From: Squalus acanthias
Lineage: Eukaryota
DNA length: 64,000 bases
Assembly (NCBI GenBank): GCA_030390025.1
Contig: CM059425.1
Location: 174,098,001 to 174,162,000, forward strand
Reading direction: 5' to 3'
The translations under genes were made by a program, and so were the position numbers. The first letter of the stretch is position 1. Every line of letters begins with the position of its first letter. The notes under the pieces were generated by a model, which saw nothing but the letters and a program-made list of their open reading frames with translations, did not search any database and was not told where the DNA came from. Below are positions 60,373 through 64,000 of this stretch, piece by piece.

Positions 60373-61204
60373 GGGCTGGATTTTCAATGACCCGTGGAGT
60401 CGGGTTTGGAGGCGGGGGGGGGGTTAAAGTTGCAGATTCGGGGGTCCCGACCCCATCCCACCTCCATGCCAGTTTCTCTGGCGGCGGGTACCCGATCTGT
60501 GCTGAAACCCGACTCCCCGAGGCGGGAAGGGATTAGTGACAATTAACTGCCTGTTAACAGGTAGTTAACAGGCATTTTTTGCATAATCCCTATTTTAAAA
60601 AGAAAACTGTGGGCTTCCCGACTGGTGGCAACCACGCCAAGTTATCGGGGTGGGCCGTGAGTCTGCAGGGGTTGGAGGGGTCGATATGTCCGGTGGCCAG
60701 GTGAGTGATGGGTGCATGTGTGCAGAGGTAAGTGTGTAAGGTAAGTGCTAAGTGTTGGAAAAAGTTTTACTTACCTTAACTTCCTCCTGCAGGTGTCAGC
60801 CCTTCAGTTCTCGGGAGTTAGAAATCTCACCGGCACAGAAAGCAGGAAAGCCGTGGTTCTGTCAAAAACTGCATCCTTCTGTTTTCTGTGCTGGAATGAT
60901 TTCTAACTCAGCCTGAGAGGAAGGACTGAAGTTAGAAATCATATTGTGAGTGTTTGACAGCTTCACAGAGCTGTCAAACGCTGATATTTCATCTGTCAAA
61001 AGCTCTTGACAGATGAAATGTCAATCTGTGACGTCACCTGTTGCCGAGTGGCCCTTAATTGGCCTGCTGAGCCCACTGGGCGGGCTCAACAAGGTCAATC
61101 AAGGGAAAATACAGTAGGTTGGCCACATCTCGATGGAGGCGGGTTCACAAGCCAGAATGTGTGATTCCCGACCCCAACCCGACCCCAGATTCAAAATCCA
61201 GCCC
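60373..61204. mobile_element. Harbinger MITE whose left end matches copy C
   Basis: TIR GGGCTGGATTTT/AAAATCCAGCCC; flanking triplets differ (AAT/TAC); internal TGACAG/CTGTCA palindromes. Confidence 0.8.
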
Positions 61205-61594
61205 TACGTGTCTCCCAAATCGTTAACTCAGCAACCTTTGCCATTTGAAAATGAGCAGATGTGAGAGTGCAGCTTTTAGACTGCAGTTGCAGCTGTGAAG
61301 TATCCAGTTCATTGGTCGTCCCGACACACTAACCTGGCATGATCTCCAAACGTCGTGAAACCCGATGAAATGTTGGAAAATAGCAATAGGCTGTCAAAAT
61401 AGCAGTTAACAAGCACTTAACAAGGAGTTAAGTGCCTTAAATCCCTCACCCGCCGCTTGGTGTCGGGTCTGTTGTGAAATCGCAGACCGAACACTCTTGA
61501 AACTCACACGGAGGCGGTTACGTGTCAATCATTGCGACTTTAAAAGCTGACCCACCTCTGAACCTGCCCTCTGAGCGCCAGCAAAATCGCGGCC

Positions 61595-62065
61595 ATAGAA
61601 TCATAGAATGGTACAGCACAGAAGGAGGCCATTTGGCCCATCGAGATGCGCCGGCTCCTTCGAAGAACAATCCAGTTAGTCCCACTCCCCTGCTCTTTCC
61701 CCATATCCCTGCAATTTTTTCTCTTTCAAGTATTTATCCAATTCCCTTTTGAAGGCTACTATTGAATCTGTATCCACCACCCCATCAGGCAGTGCATTCC
61801 AAATACTAAGCACTCGTTGCGTAAAATAGTTTTTCCTCATGTCGCCTCTTGTTCTTTTGCCAATCACTTTAAATCTGTGCCCTCTCGTTATCGACCCTTC
61901 AGCCATTGGAAACAGTTTCTCTTTATTTACTCTATCTAAATCCTTCATGATTGTAAACACCTCTATCAAATCTCTTAGCCTTCTCTGCTCCAAGGAACAA
62001 CCCCAGCCTGTCTAGTCTATCCACATAACTGTATTCTCTCATCCCTGGAACCATTCTCATAAATA
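61595..62065 (-). mobile_element. CR1 3' end, with its tail abutting a Harbinger terminus (AAAATCGCGGCC, ending 61594)
   Basis: EQRRLRDLIEVF...FTQRVLSIWNALP; tail ATAGAATCATAGAAT. Confidence 0.9.
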
Positions 62066-62185
62066 GTATTTATATATATGAAACCATTCTAGGAAGTAGC
62101 AGATTTATTTTAAATATATGTTATTGTCTTCCAATTGGACTTTCTACATTAATGCACTCAGTTTCTGCAGCTGCTGTGAGACAAT

Positions 62186-62966
62186 AAGCTGGATTTTGCC
62201 AATGGGGAGCTTTTGGAGGCGGGACTCCCACTTGTCGGGTTTAAGTCCCGCCTCCATCGATTTCTGGCCAACCCACGCTATTTTCCCTTGATTGACCTTG
62301 TTAAGCCCGCCCAGCGGGCTTAGCAGGCCAATTAAGGGGAAGCCGGTTTTTGACAGATGAATTGTCATCGTTTGACAGCTCTGTGAAGCTGTCAAACACT
62401 GACATTCTCTGTAGTTTGATGAGTTCTCGTATTCAAGACTCATCAAACCTCTTTCTTTCGCAGAAATTAGATGGTTGTTGGAGAATGCAGCAGCCATCTG
62501 TCATCTCTGCCGCGGAGATGCGAGACTCTCCACATCCCCAACGATTGAAGCCTGCAGGAAGAAACAAAGGTAAGTAAACTTTTTCTAACACTTTCCACTT
62601 ACCTCACATACTTACCTCTCCACATTTGTACCCACCACTTACCTTCACAGCGTACTTTTGCACCCCTCCGACCCCCGCAGACCCACTGCTCGCCTCAGTG
62701 ACCCTGGCGGGGTTCGCAGCCTTCGGGAAGCCTGCACTTGTGTGGGTAAAATGGGGATAATCCTCTTATCTGCCTGCAGTTAAGTGGCTGTAATCCCCTT
62801 CCCGCCTCCAAGGAGATGGGACCCGGCGCGGGTCGGCTACCCGCCTCCTGGCAAGATGGCACGGAGGCGGGATGGGGGCGGGATGAGCACCTGCCCCCAG
62901 ATTCTGCCATTTTCCCGGCAGTCCCTCCTCCATACCCGTCTCCCCAGGGCTGGCAAGATCGCCCCC
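62186..62966. mobile_element. Harbinger MITE related to 60373-61204 (partly inverted)
   Basis: Ends AAGCTGGATTTTGCCA and TGGCAAGATCGCCCCC; 62280-62400 is the reverse complement of ~60950-61110. Confidence 0.7.
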
Positions 62967-64000
62967 TATGTTAGAAAACAGCAGGTTGGTTACTTTTTTA
63001 ATAGCAAAAGTAACATTTGCTATGCATGACTAGAGTCCAGTCCCACTGAAGATAAGACTCTAGACCATTATAATTCCTGTTAAGATGCAATAGCAAAGAT
63101 TTTGGATTCCTGCTGAGATAAGGCCAGAAATAAAGGTTATTTAAAATGGGAACTATAGAAAATAAATAGATCATTACTTATAAAAACTTTCTGCCAAATA
63201 TTTTGAACCATCTGTTGTTCAGCAAAGAAATCCCGTTTATAACACTGACTTTTGGTATGTAAATAGGAATAAAAATGTCTCCAATTTTCTCTCATCCTAC
63301 CTTGAAGGCACATTTTTTTCGCAGCTGACATACTTTAAGAGAGATTGACATCATCATTACTTTGTCGATTTCTGCTTGCAAACAGGATTAAGAGTTTATT
63401 TTAAGTACTAATGCTTTGTGAAAGTTTTGTATTATAGATAAAGAACACAAAGTGGCCACTGTAATGTAATTCTTTGGCTATATCACCAATACGGTCCCCA
63501 ATCTGGACTACAAATTATTTATTCTTTCTTTCAATTGCATCCCCATTCTTCTCTTATCTTCTCCTTTCCTGATGGCAGTGACACTTGTTGAAACATGGTT
63601 CCATGTCCACTGGCAGTCCTCCACTATTATTACCTCGCTCGAACAGCCCTTCTTCATGTCTGAGCCTGGACAGTAAGTGCTGTGGAGTCCTTCACAACCA
63701 TCCTCAATCCTGCTCTTAACTAAATACACACTTCTACCAGCAGGGGGGTCACTGGCTCAGGAGTGGGAACCATGGCTGACTTTCTCCTTCCAAAACACTA
63801 AGGCCAATTATAGCACCACAAATATCCAGGCCTCAGTTAACAGAATATTAACTATTGTTTTCTTAATTTCTTTGCAGTCAGAATACCCTGGATTTCATTA
63901 GGTTTAATCAGAAAAACAATTTTAGAAGGATCAATTAAACATTTTAAATAAGTACTAAATATAGTTCCAGAACTGCAGTATACTGATGTTGACATTTCTG

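Noticed and set aside
63100..64000. Possible host exons or a Gypsy integrase remnant (GLPVD, WGPY)
   Set aside because: Stops occur in all frames I checked and the motifs are too short to support a call.

Overview
Repeat-dense vertebrate genomic DNA with no convincing host protein-coding exon. The repeat mix (CR1 and L2 LINEs, tRNA-head SINEs with L2-like tails, Penelope-type ends, many PIF/Harbinger elements) suggests a cartilaginous fish such as a shark; this is an inference. The central feature is a structurally complete 4,245-bp Harbinger transposon (24170-28414) with perfect 12-bp TIRs, a CAA TSD, and convergent DDE-nuclease and 3-exon Myb/SANT genes. It is inserted into a young CR1 LINE whose ORF2 (~983 aa) is otherwise fully open. 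The window also holds about a dozen Harbinger MITEs or derivatives, several inserted in CR1 3' tail microsatellites, including an inverted pair sharing one TAT target. Other features are a 1,446-bp solo LTR with a 4-bp TSD and foamy-virus-like layout, a hAT MITE, several nested insertions, a ~200-bp inverted duplication, and a 60-bp templated patch inside a SINE. Boundaries of degraded repeats are approximate, and family names come from motif recognition, not database searches.
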